DNA of 64,000 nucleotides. Source: Candidatus Vogelbacteria bacterium RIFOXYD1_FULL_44_32. GTDB taxonomy: Bacteria; Patescibacteriota; Minisyncoccia; Phycocordibacterales; XYD1-FULL-46-19. Within the stretch, counting starts at the first letter, position 1, and each line of letters begins with the position of its first letter. The notes beneath the pieces were generated by a model. It ran no database searches, was not told where the DNA came from, and saw only the letters and a program-made list of their open reading frames with translations. The DNA lies in contig MHTJ01000002.1 of the NCBI GenBank assembly GCA_001823065.1, positions 53,532 to 117,531 of the forward strand. Direction: 5' to 3'. This document shows, one piece after another, positions 1-7,927 of the stretch. A program made the position numbers and the translations under genes.

Positions 1-310
1 TATCATAGTTTGAAGTAAGGTATCTACCCTCTACACAAGGCATTACGCTATACGGCCCGTCTTCGCATATCTGTTTGTATAAATCCACCGCAGACTGTTC
101 AGCCTCATCAACACAAGCTGACTTTTTTAGTGTTACTAAGGTTTTTTTAAATTCTACATCATCTTCAACCCTCTTCCTTTCGTTTAACTCCATTCGCTGC
201 TCAACAACTTGGCTTAAAAAGTAAAATCCTCCGAGCATAAAACTTGCAATCAATATAACAGCAGGTAGAGATAGCTTATTTATATTATCAATGATGTTTT
301 TCATATTCAT
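1..310 (-). CDS. Membrane-anchored hypothetical protein, runs off the window edge
   Basis: ATG at 310; reads MNMKNIIDNINKLSLPAVILIASFMLGGFYFLSQ... with one TM segment and stays open to position 1. Confidence 0.6.
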   Translation of the reverse strand, partial: MNMKNIIDNINKLSLPAVILIASFMLGGFYFLSQVVEQRMELNERKRVEDDVEFKKTLVTLKKSACVDEAEQSAVDLYKQICEDGPYSVMPCVEGRYLTSNYD

Positions 311-314
311 TTAA

Positions 315-647
315 CTACAAATTTTCACACGCCAGCCCGTCCCTATCCCTATCCAAATCGTGCGGGTCTAGTGCTGGCCCACCTTGTTTAATATAGAAAG
401 CCTGAGCCTCGGCTTGGGTTGAAAAATCGGCACAGTTTTTATCACTAGGAGTGGAAGTCCTGGCAGAGGTTCGAGACACAGTTTTAGCCTCTGTCTTGGC
501 TGTAGTAATTTTAGGGGTATGACAGTGGTACTCCCCTGTCTTACGGTTAGTATGGCAACCGTTCGAATCTGTCCGCCCTGGATGGGCTAAAACCACCCCT
601 GGAGCGGAGATAAGGATCAAACCGAGGATTAAGCTTATCTTTTTCAT
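315..647 (-). CDS. Secreted YHYH-domain protein with C-terminal excalibur Ca-binding domain
   Basis: Signal peptide MKKISLILG...VLA; [22 protein letters not shown]; [12 protein letters not shown]...[12 protein letters not shown]. Confidence 0.85.
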   Translation of the reverse strand: MKKISLILGLILISAPGVVLAHPGRTDSNGCHTNRKTGEYHCHTPKITTAKTEAKTVSRTSARTSTPSDKNCADFSTQAEAQAFYIKQGGPALDPHDLDRDRDGLACENL

Positions 648-649
648 TA

Positions 650-865
650 TTAGGCCATTACCGTTAGGCCTACCACGAGGGCTATACCTATGATGACAGA
701 GGCTAAAATTATAGCCATTCCTAGGTTCCCTTTCTTTATCTCCTCCCACTCGTCTATAGGGGTAATTAGACTGAATATCTTAAGGGCTACACTTAAGGCT
801 ACAGCCATAGAAACGGCCCCGGTTAGGGCCCAGCCAAAGGTAATGAGGTATTGAGTGAAAATCAT
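650..865 (-). CDS. DUF350-family small membrane protein
   Basis: Two TM helices around [18 protein letters not shown]. Confidence 0.75.
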   Translation of the reverse strand: MIFTQYLITFGWALTGAVSMAVALSVALKIFSLITPIDEWEEIKKGNLGMAIILASVIIGIALVVGLTVMA

Positions 866-902
866 AGTTTTACCATACAACTTTTATGGATAAAGTAAAG
901 GG

Positions 903-2225
903 TTATTTTACCCCACTTTTATCGGTTTGTTTTGGAGCAATAGCTAATTTAAGAAATTCCTTAACATCAAAAACTCCTATTGTATTAAACATACATTCTT
1001 TCAGTCCTTCCATCGATACTCCATTCATCTTTGCGTTTACCAACTCAAAGATATCAACAGCTGTCACAAGACAGATATCACAACTTCTAGCTTTTTTTAT
1101 TAGATTATCCTCAAAAGCCTTTGGTCTCTCGTTTGGTTTAGCGTCCTTATAGTGATTAATAATAAATATACCTTGGGTTAAATACGGCTCGGATGTTGGG
1201 GTATCTGGGATTCTTGCGATTAATTGATTTAAATCAGTTCCATTTAGTCCTTCCTTATTTTTTCCTCTAATTTCGATGATGATTCTAGATTTGCCTTCCT
1301 GATAATATCTGTCCTCCTCATTATCAACATCTGGAGACAATAAATTAATACCCAGTAATTTAAAGCAGTCAGATAATGACACTTCCAATGGTTTACCTTT
1401 TAGATACAGTACTTTTTTATACTCACAAATTAATGATAACTCAGATATTAGGAGTCCTTTTTCGACTTCTTTCCTATCTATTTCTACTTGTATATCCAAT
1501 ATCCCTTGCTTTTTACTGGCCTCACCAGGAAGTACAATTTCTTCAATCCATACAGGAGCTGGTTCTTTCTCAACCGAAAGTTCTGTTATTAACAATTCTA
1601 TACTATCTTCTGTATTGCCTAGCACAGGCAAGAAAAAAATTGGGCTGCCTTTAATCTTAGTACTTCTAGTACTCGTATCGCCCACGCTCCAAAGAAATCT
1701 AAATGCAATGGCTTTATTTATTTTATTTACAGCAAGCGCTTTGAAGTTAGGCTCAAACACGAGCGAACTATTTGGTGGGAAATGGTAGCAGTTGTTTATG
1801 CAATCTTTGTATAATCTATCCCACTTTTTAATTCTAGTCAGGAATTTTAAGTAATTTTCAGTCTTTGAGTGGTCAACTATGTTGCCTGGTAATTCTTCAA
1901 ACATCGGAATAATTGGGCACCAGCTATAGTTGAACGTGGTCTTACCCTGTGGTGACGAGTAAATAACTGGGCTCGCACAAAAAGAAAAAACTTGAAGTTT
2001 CCTTTTCTCTTGAGCCTCAATAATCATCTTCCTAATATCATCAAAGTAATTTGGATTTTCTATGGATATCTTTTCCATCAAGTCCCGTGTAAGAGAAGCG
2101 GTATCACATATGACGACATCAAAATCAGGCACATAAACAAAATCCCCCCAAGATACAGCTTTGTCCGCCCTGGGGTGATTTTCTGACCCGATAACTAAAA
2201 TACTTGCCCTGGAGTCCTCATTCAT
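903..2225 (-). CDS. Hypothetical protein with coiled coil and C-terminal PD-(D/E)XK restriction-endonuclease-like domain
   Basis: LEVSLSDCFKLLG...EEDRYY...IIIEIRG...LNQL...GIFIINH resembles Mrr-like nuclease domains. Confidence 0.5.
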   Translation of the reverse strand: MNEDSRASILVIGSENHPRADKAVSWGDFVYVPDFDVVICDTASLTRDLMEKISIENPNYFDDIRKMIIEAQEKRKLQVFSFCASPVIYSSPQGKTTFNYSWCPIIPMFEELPGNIVDHSKTENYLKFLTRIKKWDRLYKDCINNCYHFPPNSSLVFEPNFKALAVNKINKAIAFRFLWSVGDTSTRSTKIKGSPIFFLPVLGNTEDSIELLITELSVEKEPAPVWIEEIVLPGEASKKQGILDIQVEIDRKEVEKGLLISELSLICEYKKVLYLKGKPLEVSLSDCFKLLGINLLSPDVDNEEDRYYQEGKSRIIIEIRGKNKEGLNGTDLNQLIARIPDTPTSEPYLTQGIFIINHYKDAKPNERPKAFEDNLIKKARSCDICLVTAVDIFELVNAKMNGVSMEGLKECMFNTIGVFDVKEFLKLAIAPKQTDKSGVK

Positions 2226-2280
2226 TTGATACCATAGTAATACTTGAATCTACAAAAGTACAAGGTGCCGAGTTATTAGG

Positions 2281-2620
2281 ACAGCTGATACTAATTTTTT
2301 CTAAAATCTACTATCTTTCAACAGTAAATAACAGAGATTAACAACATTCAACACTGTTAGACTGGCTATCTAATACAAAATAGGTATGCAAGTTATATAA
2401 GTTGTATCACCCCAAATTACCTGTAATTACCTGTTTTTACCTGCCCACGACACGATACCTGCAGAAATAATTTTTTATATTATGAAAGTTAAGAAAGTTA
2501 CATTCCTTATTTTTAACTAATTTTAACCAGGATTAACCATTTTTAACCGCAATTGACCGAAACTAACCGACTTTTACTAATACTTACCAATTTCTACTAA
2601 CATCTACTAACATCCACCAC
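2281..2620. repeat. Blocks of degenerate direct repeats with exact 10-bp period
   Basis: AACA x4 (2320-2353), TTACCTG x3 (2417-2443), and 11 consecutive 10-mers with AC[CT] in the same phase (2511-2620). Confidence 0.8.
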
Positions 2621-2634
2621 TACTTCTGTACTTT

Positions 2635-2835
2635 TTATGATTTTAGCTGTTTCTCCTCGGTCAGACTCCAAATAAGCGCGACCACCCAACCGATGAATGT
2701 CCAACCAAGAAAAAGATTGAGCGCAAAAATAGCCCAAGCGTTATCTTTTTTATCGTAAAATGCCCCGATTGAGGGAGCAAAATATAGCCCAATGACCGCT
2801 ATCGCTATTAGTAAGGCAATAAATGTAGATTCCAT
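2635..2835 (-). CDS. Superinfection immunity protein (T4 Imm-like)
   Basis: LYFAPSIGA...AIFALNLFLGWTFIGWVVALIWSL family signature. Confidence 0.9.
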   Translation of the reverse strand: MESTFIALLIAIAVIGLYFAPSIGAFYDKKDNAWAIFALNLFLGWTFIGWVVALIWSLTEEKQLKS

Positions 2836-2870
2836 AATGTATTAGATTAACTTATTAATTAACTTAAAAC

Positions 2871-3731
2871 TTAGTTATAACTATCAATCCTTCCATCATT
2901 ATTTTGGTCATAGAAGCAGGACGGCCCATAATCCATCCAGCAATACTGATACTGAGTTCCATAACCATAATTAGAGGGGTTTACTGCATCAGGTCTTCCT
3001 AAGCGGTACACCAGTATGTCGTAAGGCATACCAATCCAAATCTTTCCAGCCGCCAGAAGCTCGCACTCCTCTTTAGTCCACTCAGGGTGCGCCTTACAAG
3101 CACGACCAGCTGGACTACGGTTATAGGCTTCCAAGTCAGCCTTGGCTTTCGCTGTTTTAGCCGCTATTTCAGCCTTACGCTTACGTTCTGCCGCCTCCTC
3201 TGCCTTTTCCTTGTCTACTCGTTCTTCTGGCGTTAAAGTGCGATTTATGACCAACTCAGCTTTCCCCGTCTTATCCTCCCTGGCTGTCTCCAGAAACACT
3301 ATTGTCCTTTCCTTTTTAACTGGTAGTTCAAATTCAAAGTTACCCTTTTTATCGACCTCCACAGCTTTTTTAAGGTGGCTCAGGCTGGAGTCTTTCGGTC
3401 TAACATAGCCTTTAATTGTCACCAATGTTGAAGTCCCAACAGAAAACTCGTTTTCGGGTTCAGTAATTCTTATGGAAGGAGCTCGATGAGAGTAGGCATA
3501 TGAAGACATCGAGAGCATAAATATTCCAAGAATCACGGCTACCGTCTTCTTTTGTTTGAGGTTTATCCTGTCCTCGTATTTATACAAATAGAAAAGCATA
3601 GCCAGGGGTATTCCTAAATACCAATAGGCAATAACAAACGCTATAAAGAAAATCACCAATAACCCTCCCAGGGAAAACTTAGCCAATTTCACCACCCTAC
3701 CAATTAGAGATTTTATTTTGCTTGATTCCAT
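2871..3731 (-). CDS. Membrane protein with Ig-like domain and C-terminal SmpA/OmlA-like domain
   Basis: N-terminal TMs; PSIRITEPEN...VTIKGYV Ig-like segment; IWIGM...LGRPDAVN...QY motif. Confidence 0.55.
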   Translation of the reverse strand: MESSKIKSLIGRVVKLAKFSLGGLLVIFFIAFVIAYWYLGIPLAMLFYLYKYEDRINLKQKKTVAVILGIFMLSMSSYAYSHRAPSIRITEPENEFSVGTSTLVTIKGYVRPKDSSLSHLKKAVEVDKKGNFEFELPVKKERTIVFLETAREDKTGKAELVINRTLTPEERVDKEKAEEAAERKRKAEIAAKTAKAKADLEAYNRSPAGRACKAHPEWTKEECELLAAGKIWIGMPYDILVYRLGRPDAVNPSNYGYGTQYQYCWMDYGPSCFYDQNNDGRIDSYN

Positions 3732-3750
3732 AGCTGGAAATTAAGAACCA

Positions 3751-3890
3751 AAAAGCCCACCACAAGTGAGGCCAAATGGCCCTACCTAAGTTTCCCTAGG
3801 TAACGTTCCAGACGCCCTTGTGATGGGGTTTTTGTCTGGAACGCTTTGCGACCATACCGTAGAAAAGTAAATTTCTACGGGTTAGGTCTT
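3751..3890 (-). ncRNA. Candidate structured leader RNA
   Basis: Four hairpins plus a 14/16 loop-to-distal complementarity (3817-3832 with 3751-3766). Confidence 0.45.
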
Positions 3891-3968
3891 AATAAATTGT
3901 TATCCTGATATTAACAAAAAACCCCACCAGTGGCTACCCTGGTGAGACAGAGGCAAACCCAAGCTATG

Positions 3969-4475
3969 TTATTTTTCTTTTTGGGATTTTTGATTGTTCT
4001 CAGGGAATAAGTGTTTTACAGCAATCAATAACATTATAGTTATCTGCGATATTGTTGCCGTTACTAGCAAACGGAAACTCCAGTCCTCAAGATAAAAGAA
4101 CTTCCCAGGCCTGTTTGTATCTACTCCTTGTAAAAAAGCGAGGATAAAAATGACGGTCGTTTCTATTCCTAAAAAAATAAACAGCCGATTCAGTGTGACC
4201 TTTTTTAAAGAAATATCCTGCTCTAAAGCATCATTGGCTAAGGATTTTGCCCTTTGTTCCTCCTTGTCTTCAATTTTTTCCGCTATCCTCTTTCTGGTTA
4301 CAAATGGGGTATTATATGACTGATTAAATATCCCTGGACGGCTGCCCTTCTGATGATTTAGGAGCCTCTTTTTTATTTCCTCCACCTCATTTTGTGCATC
4401 AGAGTATATCCTACTTGTTATACCTGGCTCTGAGTCGGGAACCACCTTTTTATCAGGAGGTGTCATACTAGTCAT
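3969..4475 (-). CDS. Hypothetical protein with two C-terminal TM helices, candidate toxin or effector
   Basis: RLFIFLGIETTVIFILAFLQG and FRLLVTATISQITIMLLIAVKHLFP; overlaps the upstream peptidase gene by 8 bp. Confidence 0.65.
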   Translation of the reverse strand: MTSMTPPDKKVVPDSEPGITSRIYSDAQNEVEEIKKRLLNHQKGSRPGIFNQSYNTPFVTRKRIAEKIEDKEEQRAKSLANDALEQDISLKKVTLNRLFIFLGIETTVIFILAFLQGVDTNRPGKFFYLEDWSFRLLVTATISQITIMLLIAVKHLFPENNQKSQKEK

Positions 4476-5007
4476 TAGCTAAGCCAAGTTTCTCTAATCT
4501 AATTGCCATAGCAACAACGGAAACATTAAATATTTCTGCACATTCTTTAACATCTCCAACTTTACCCCAAGCGTCCCTGACCAAATCTTCTGGCATTATT
4601 AACGACGCCGCAAAATTATTAGCCTCAATTTCTAGCTTTGTCCCTATGGCGTCATCTAAACGAAAAAGGGTTCTACCTCCATCCAAAGTGCCTTCTCCGT
4701 CTATCATTATTTCTTCACTCTTAATAAATTCGGAATGCAGAAAAAGGTGGCCCAACTCGTGAGCTACAGTAAAATACTGCCTGGTTTTAGGTTTACTGCG
4801 GTTTATATAGATAGAAAAGGAGTCATTGTCTTTGTTATAGCTTATTGCCCCAGATATTTTATCTTCCAAGAGATTAGTGTAAATAATCTCCAAATCCTTT
4901 CTCCCTCTTTCTATATTTTCAAATGGAAAGGGGGAGACATTATCAGGATTATATAATTCCCTTTTTTCGTTAGCTTTTTTTATCGCTAAATTTACGTCTG
5001 CTTCCAT
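4468..5007 (-). CDS. ImmA/IrrE-family Zn metallopeptidase (DUF955)
   Basis: RQYFTVAHELGH (HExxH); EIEANNFAASLIMP; AEIFNVSVVAMAIRL. Confidence 0.92.
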   Translation of the reverse strand: MEADVNLAIKKANEKRELYNPDNVSPFPFENIERGRKDLEIIYTNLLEDKISGAISYNKDNDSFSIYINRSKPKTRQYFTVAHELGHLFLHSEFIKSEEIMIDGEGTLDGGRTLFRLDDAIGTKLEIEANNFAASLIMPEDLVRDAWGKVGDVKECAEIFNVSVVAMAIRLEKLGLAND

Positions 5008-5140
5008 AGGTATATATTACCACTTTTTCTAAATAACCGTTCTATTTGGGGTCATCTAAAAAGCCCATTTCGGTAAAATTTGCCTAATTTACTGTCATTT
5101 GTCAAAGAAACCTTGAAACCAAGCTGCGGTATTGTGTAGC

Positions 5141-5293
5141 CTACGTTAAAATAGCATCCCCTTGGCCAATATCAAAAAAGCTTACTTTTAATTTAGACCC
5201 AGTGGTAGACCAAAAAACTAGAAGCCAAATCAGCAGTCCAATGCTGGCCAGTAAAAACAAAAAAGACCACCGCCAGCGCCAACTATCTTGCAT
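5141..5293 (-). pseudogene. 5' fragment (50 codons) of the ComEC-associated MBL-fold nuclease gene
   Basis: MQDSWRWRWSFLFLLASIGLLIWLLVFWSTTGSKLKVSFFDIGQGDAILT*; TGgTATAAT 6 nt before the ATG; lies just downstream of comEC. Confidence 0.85.
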
Positions 5294-5308
5294 CAAGTAA
5301 TTATACCA

Positions 5309-5341
5309 AAAAACCCCGCCGGCGGAGCCGGCGGGGTTTTT
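5309..5341. terminator. Intrinsic terminator hairpin
   Basis: aaaaaccccgccggc-gga-gccggcggggttttt. Confidence 0.75.
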
Positions 5342-5347
5342 AAAAAA

Positions 5348-5587
5348 CTATTCAGCTTCACTATCATCAACAACTTTTTTGGTAGTGGCTTGCTCAGCGA
5401 CTGGCGTTGCTCCGGTGGCTTGCTGTAAGAAAGTCGCAATTTGAGCAATATCGGCTCGGTTTTGCAAAGCCAAAGCCCTAGTCTGATAAACCACATAGGC
5501 ATGCGCTACAAAAATCGCAAACAAAACACCAAGAATAAAAGCGATAATGACACTTTTATTTTTAAAAATTGAAACTGCTACAGCCAT
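5348..5587 (-). CDS. Small single-TM hypothetical protein
   Basis: 79-aa ORF with N-terminal hydrophobic helix, followed by a terminator. Confidence 0.65.
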   Translation of the reverse strand: MAVAVSIFKNKSVIIAFILGVLFAIFVAHAYVVYQTRALALQNRADIAQIATFLQQATGATPVAEQATTKKVVDDSEAE

Positions 5588-5629
5588 GAGAATATATTTA
5601 ACTTCTAATGTAACTAATTATATAGACAT

Positions 5630-7141
5630 TTAAAATGGTTTCAATTCATTTCCCGTTTCAACTGTTGATAGCTTTTTTTGTTTAGCTGGCCGAGCAAAAA
5701 TAATTAAGGGCAGATATAAAATTATTATTAACCAGATTGACACTGGCGGTACTAAAACCGAAGCCAGCGGTAGATGACTAAATATTTTTACTACTCCTAG
5801 CACATAAGCCAATAAGAAATAAGTTCCACTGCCTGCTATAAACGCTAAACTAGGAGAAACAAAACCCAGTATCCCCGCGATAAAACCAACCAACATCGTC
5901 AGGGGAATAAATGGCACCACTAAAATATTGGCCGGCAAAGCGACCAAACTTATTTCGCCAATTTTATAAAACAACCAAGGCGTCACCGCCAATTGAGCAG
6001 ACAAGGTGGCCGAAACGATTGCTCGTAAACCATATTGGTCCGTGAGCCAAGTCAACTTAGCTTCGAGCGGGGCCGATAAATAGATCAAGCCCAAAGTGGC
6101 CAAAAATGATAATTGAAAGCCGGTATCATTGGCTAAAATAAGAGGATTGTAGAGCACCATTAAAACCCCAGCAATAAACAGCCCTACAGTAGCACTATAT
6201 ATTCGCCCGGTGGCTCGCGCCCAGACGGCAAGTAAGGCCATCAGAGAGGCCCGCACCACGGTCGGTCCCCCGCCAACCATTAGCGCAAATAATATTATAC
6301 TGACCGCTCCTGCCAGTAAGGTTAAATTAAAACTTAAAAAATAGGCCAGAAAAATCATTAGGGCCTCGGCCACAATCGTCATATTGTACCCCGACAAAAC
6401 CACAATATGGACCAACCCCGCCCGCCGAAAATCAGTCGTAATTTCCTCTCCTAACCCCCGCCTCTCTCCCACCAAAAGCCCCGCCAGTAAAGAAGAATGT
6501 GGTTCCGGTAAGGCTAGATTCACCTGCTCAATAAATTTATTTTTGAGGGCCAATAACCAAGTTAAAATATAATTACCCTGCCCTTGGTCAATAATTTCAA
6601 TCTTGGCCAAAGACATTTGATAATGAATATCTCTGACTTTTAAATAGGAAATATAATCAAACTCCCGCCCGCTATCTGTAATAAAGTTTGTTGGTAAAGC
6701 CACCAGACCAGTAATTTTCAAAACATCACCATAATTAATCTTTTTATATGGTGAGGTCGAAACCAAAATCTTTTCCTTTGAGTCTACCAGACGCACTACC
6801 AGACGAGTGGTTGTATCCCGTTCATCGGGACTTTCAACCACCACTCCCATCATTTCCTGTTTCTGCCCCACCTTATCAACTAAAACCGAATTAAAAACTA
6901 TAGATGATTGTAACCGCCATACCCCCAAACCAAAACCGAGGCCGAGGCAGGCCAAATAAATATAGGGCAAAAATTTACGCCCCCGTAAAAAATATAGGGC
7001 TAAAAAAATTGGGGTTAAAATTATTAGGGCCAATAAATCATTGACCTCAAATTCTAGCGCCCCCGCACCCAAAACACCGGCGAGAAAACCTATAGCTAAA
7101 TAAAATAAAACCTGACGAAAAAGTGATAAATTTACTCCCAT
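5630..7141 (-). CDS. comEC: ComEC/Rec2 competence channel lacking the MBL domain
   Basis: OB region (FDYISYL); GLVHIVVLSGYN; VVRASLMA; GFQLSFLATLG. Confidence 0.95.
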   Translation of the reverse strand: MGVNLSLFRQVLFYLAIGFLAGVLGAGALEFEVNDLLALIILTPIFLALYFLRGRKFLPYIYLACLGLGFGLGVWRLQSSIVFNSVLVDKVGQKQEMMGVVVESPDERDTTTRLVVRLVDSKEKILVSTSPYKKINYGDVLKITGLVALPTNFITDSGREFDYISYLKVRDIHYQMSLAKIEIIDQGQGNYILTWLLALKNKFIEQVNLALPEPHSSLLAGLLVGERRGLGEEITTDFRRAGLVHIVVLSGYNMTIVAEALMIFLAYFLSFNLTLLAGAVSIILFALMVGGGPTVVRASLMALLAVWARATGRIYSATVGLFIAGVLMVLYNPLILANDTGFQLSFLATLGLIYLSAPLEAKLTWLTDQYGLRAIVSATLSAQLAVTPWLFYKIGEISLVALPANILVVPFIPLTMLVGFIAGILGFVSPSLAFIAGSGTYFLLAYVLGVVKIFSHLPLASVLVPPVSIWLIIILYLPLIIFARPAKQKKLSTVETGNELKPF

Positions 7142-7162
7142 GTTTCAATCTTACCGCCTAAA

Positions 7163-7274
7163 GCAAATCTTGCCCACCATATTTTTAGAGACTAGCGAGC
7201 GCGACGGCGCGAGCTCGAGGAATTTTCTAGCAAGAAAATATCCGTACTCTAAAAATATGGTGGGCAAGATTTGC
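7163..7274. repeat. MITE/REP-like element with perfect 28-bp terminal inverted repeats
   Basis: gcaaatcttgcccaccatatttttagag (7163-7190) and its exact reverse complement (7247-7274); core resembles 47545-47590. Confidence 0.8.
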
Positions 7275-7277
7275 ACT

Positions 7278-7700
7278 TCACTTCGCATCCATCGCTTCAT
7301 TGGCGAGCGCATCCGCCTCTTTGTTTTGTTCGCGCCTAATCTCGGTAATTTTAAAATTAGGAAAATCAGTTTTCAAAATTTCTTTAATTTGGGTGTGATA
7401 CACGCGCAATCTATCTTCTTTCACTTTATATTTGCCTGCTAGTTGTCTAGCAATCAGCTCGGAATCAACACGTAGTTCTACTTCTGCCGATTTTATTTGT
7501 TCGGCGCTAAAATTTTTCTTGATTAAATCTAAGCCCAAAAGCACCGCTTGATATTCGGCCTCATTATTGGTGGTTTCGCCTATATATTTTGAAGCTATCG
7601 CTACCACTTTTTTATTTTCATCATAAATTACCGCTCCAACCCCCGCCGGTCCTGGATTTCCCCGCGCGCCTCCATCGGTGTTTAAAATTATTTTTAGCAT
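7278..7700 (-). CDS. rnhA: Ribonuclease HI
   Basis: TDGGARGNPGPAG; TNNEAEY; DSELIARQL; NKEADALAN. Confidence 0.95.
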   Translation of the reverse strand: MLKIILNTDGGARGNPGPAGVGAVIYDENKKVVAIASKYIGETTNNEAEYQAVLLGLDLIKKNFSAEQIKSAEVELRVDSELIARQLAGKYKVKEDRLRVYHTQIKEILKTDFPNFKITEIRREQNKEADALANEAMDAK

Positions 7701-7753
7701 TAAAAAATTATAACACAAAAAGGGCCCGCTAGACGCAGGCCCCGAAACTTGAA

Positions 7754-7894
7754 TCAGTGCTTGTGCAAGGACCCAAGGCCACCCAACGAATGTTTTGCTT
7801 CCCTGTTATCTCCCAATAAAAAATTCAGAAGAAGGGAAGTAAAAATTAGAAGCCCGACGAGCACCATCGTTGCTAAATCTTGAAGTAATCTCAC
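7754..7894 (-). CDS. 46-aa hydrophobic peptide absent from the ORF track
   Basis: AAAGGAGG 7 nt before GTG; MRLLQDLATMVLVGLLIFTSLLLNFLLGDNREAKHSLGGLGSLHKH; hairpin and T-run downstream. Confidence 0.55.
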   Translation of the reverse strand: MRLLQDLATMVLVGLLIFTSLLLNFLLGDNREAKHSLGGLGSLHKH

Positions 7895-7927
7895 AGTCAG
7901 TCCTCCTTTCTCTTTTTACAGCATAAC

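Larger units (their letters stand above)
1..5146. mobile_element. One end of an AT-rich genomic island or prophage-like element inserted in the ComEC-MBL gene
   Basis: Accessory cargo (Imm, ImmA/IrrE, nuclease-like ORF) and an abrupt truncation of a conserved gene at ~5146; no integrase in the window. Confidence 0.65.
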
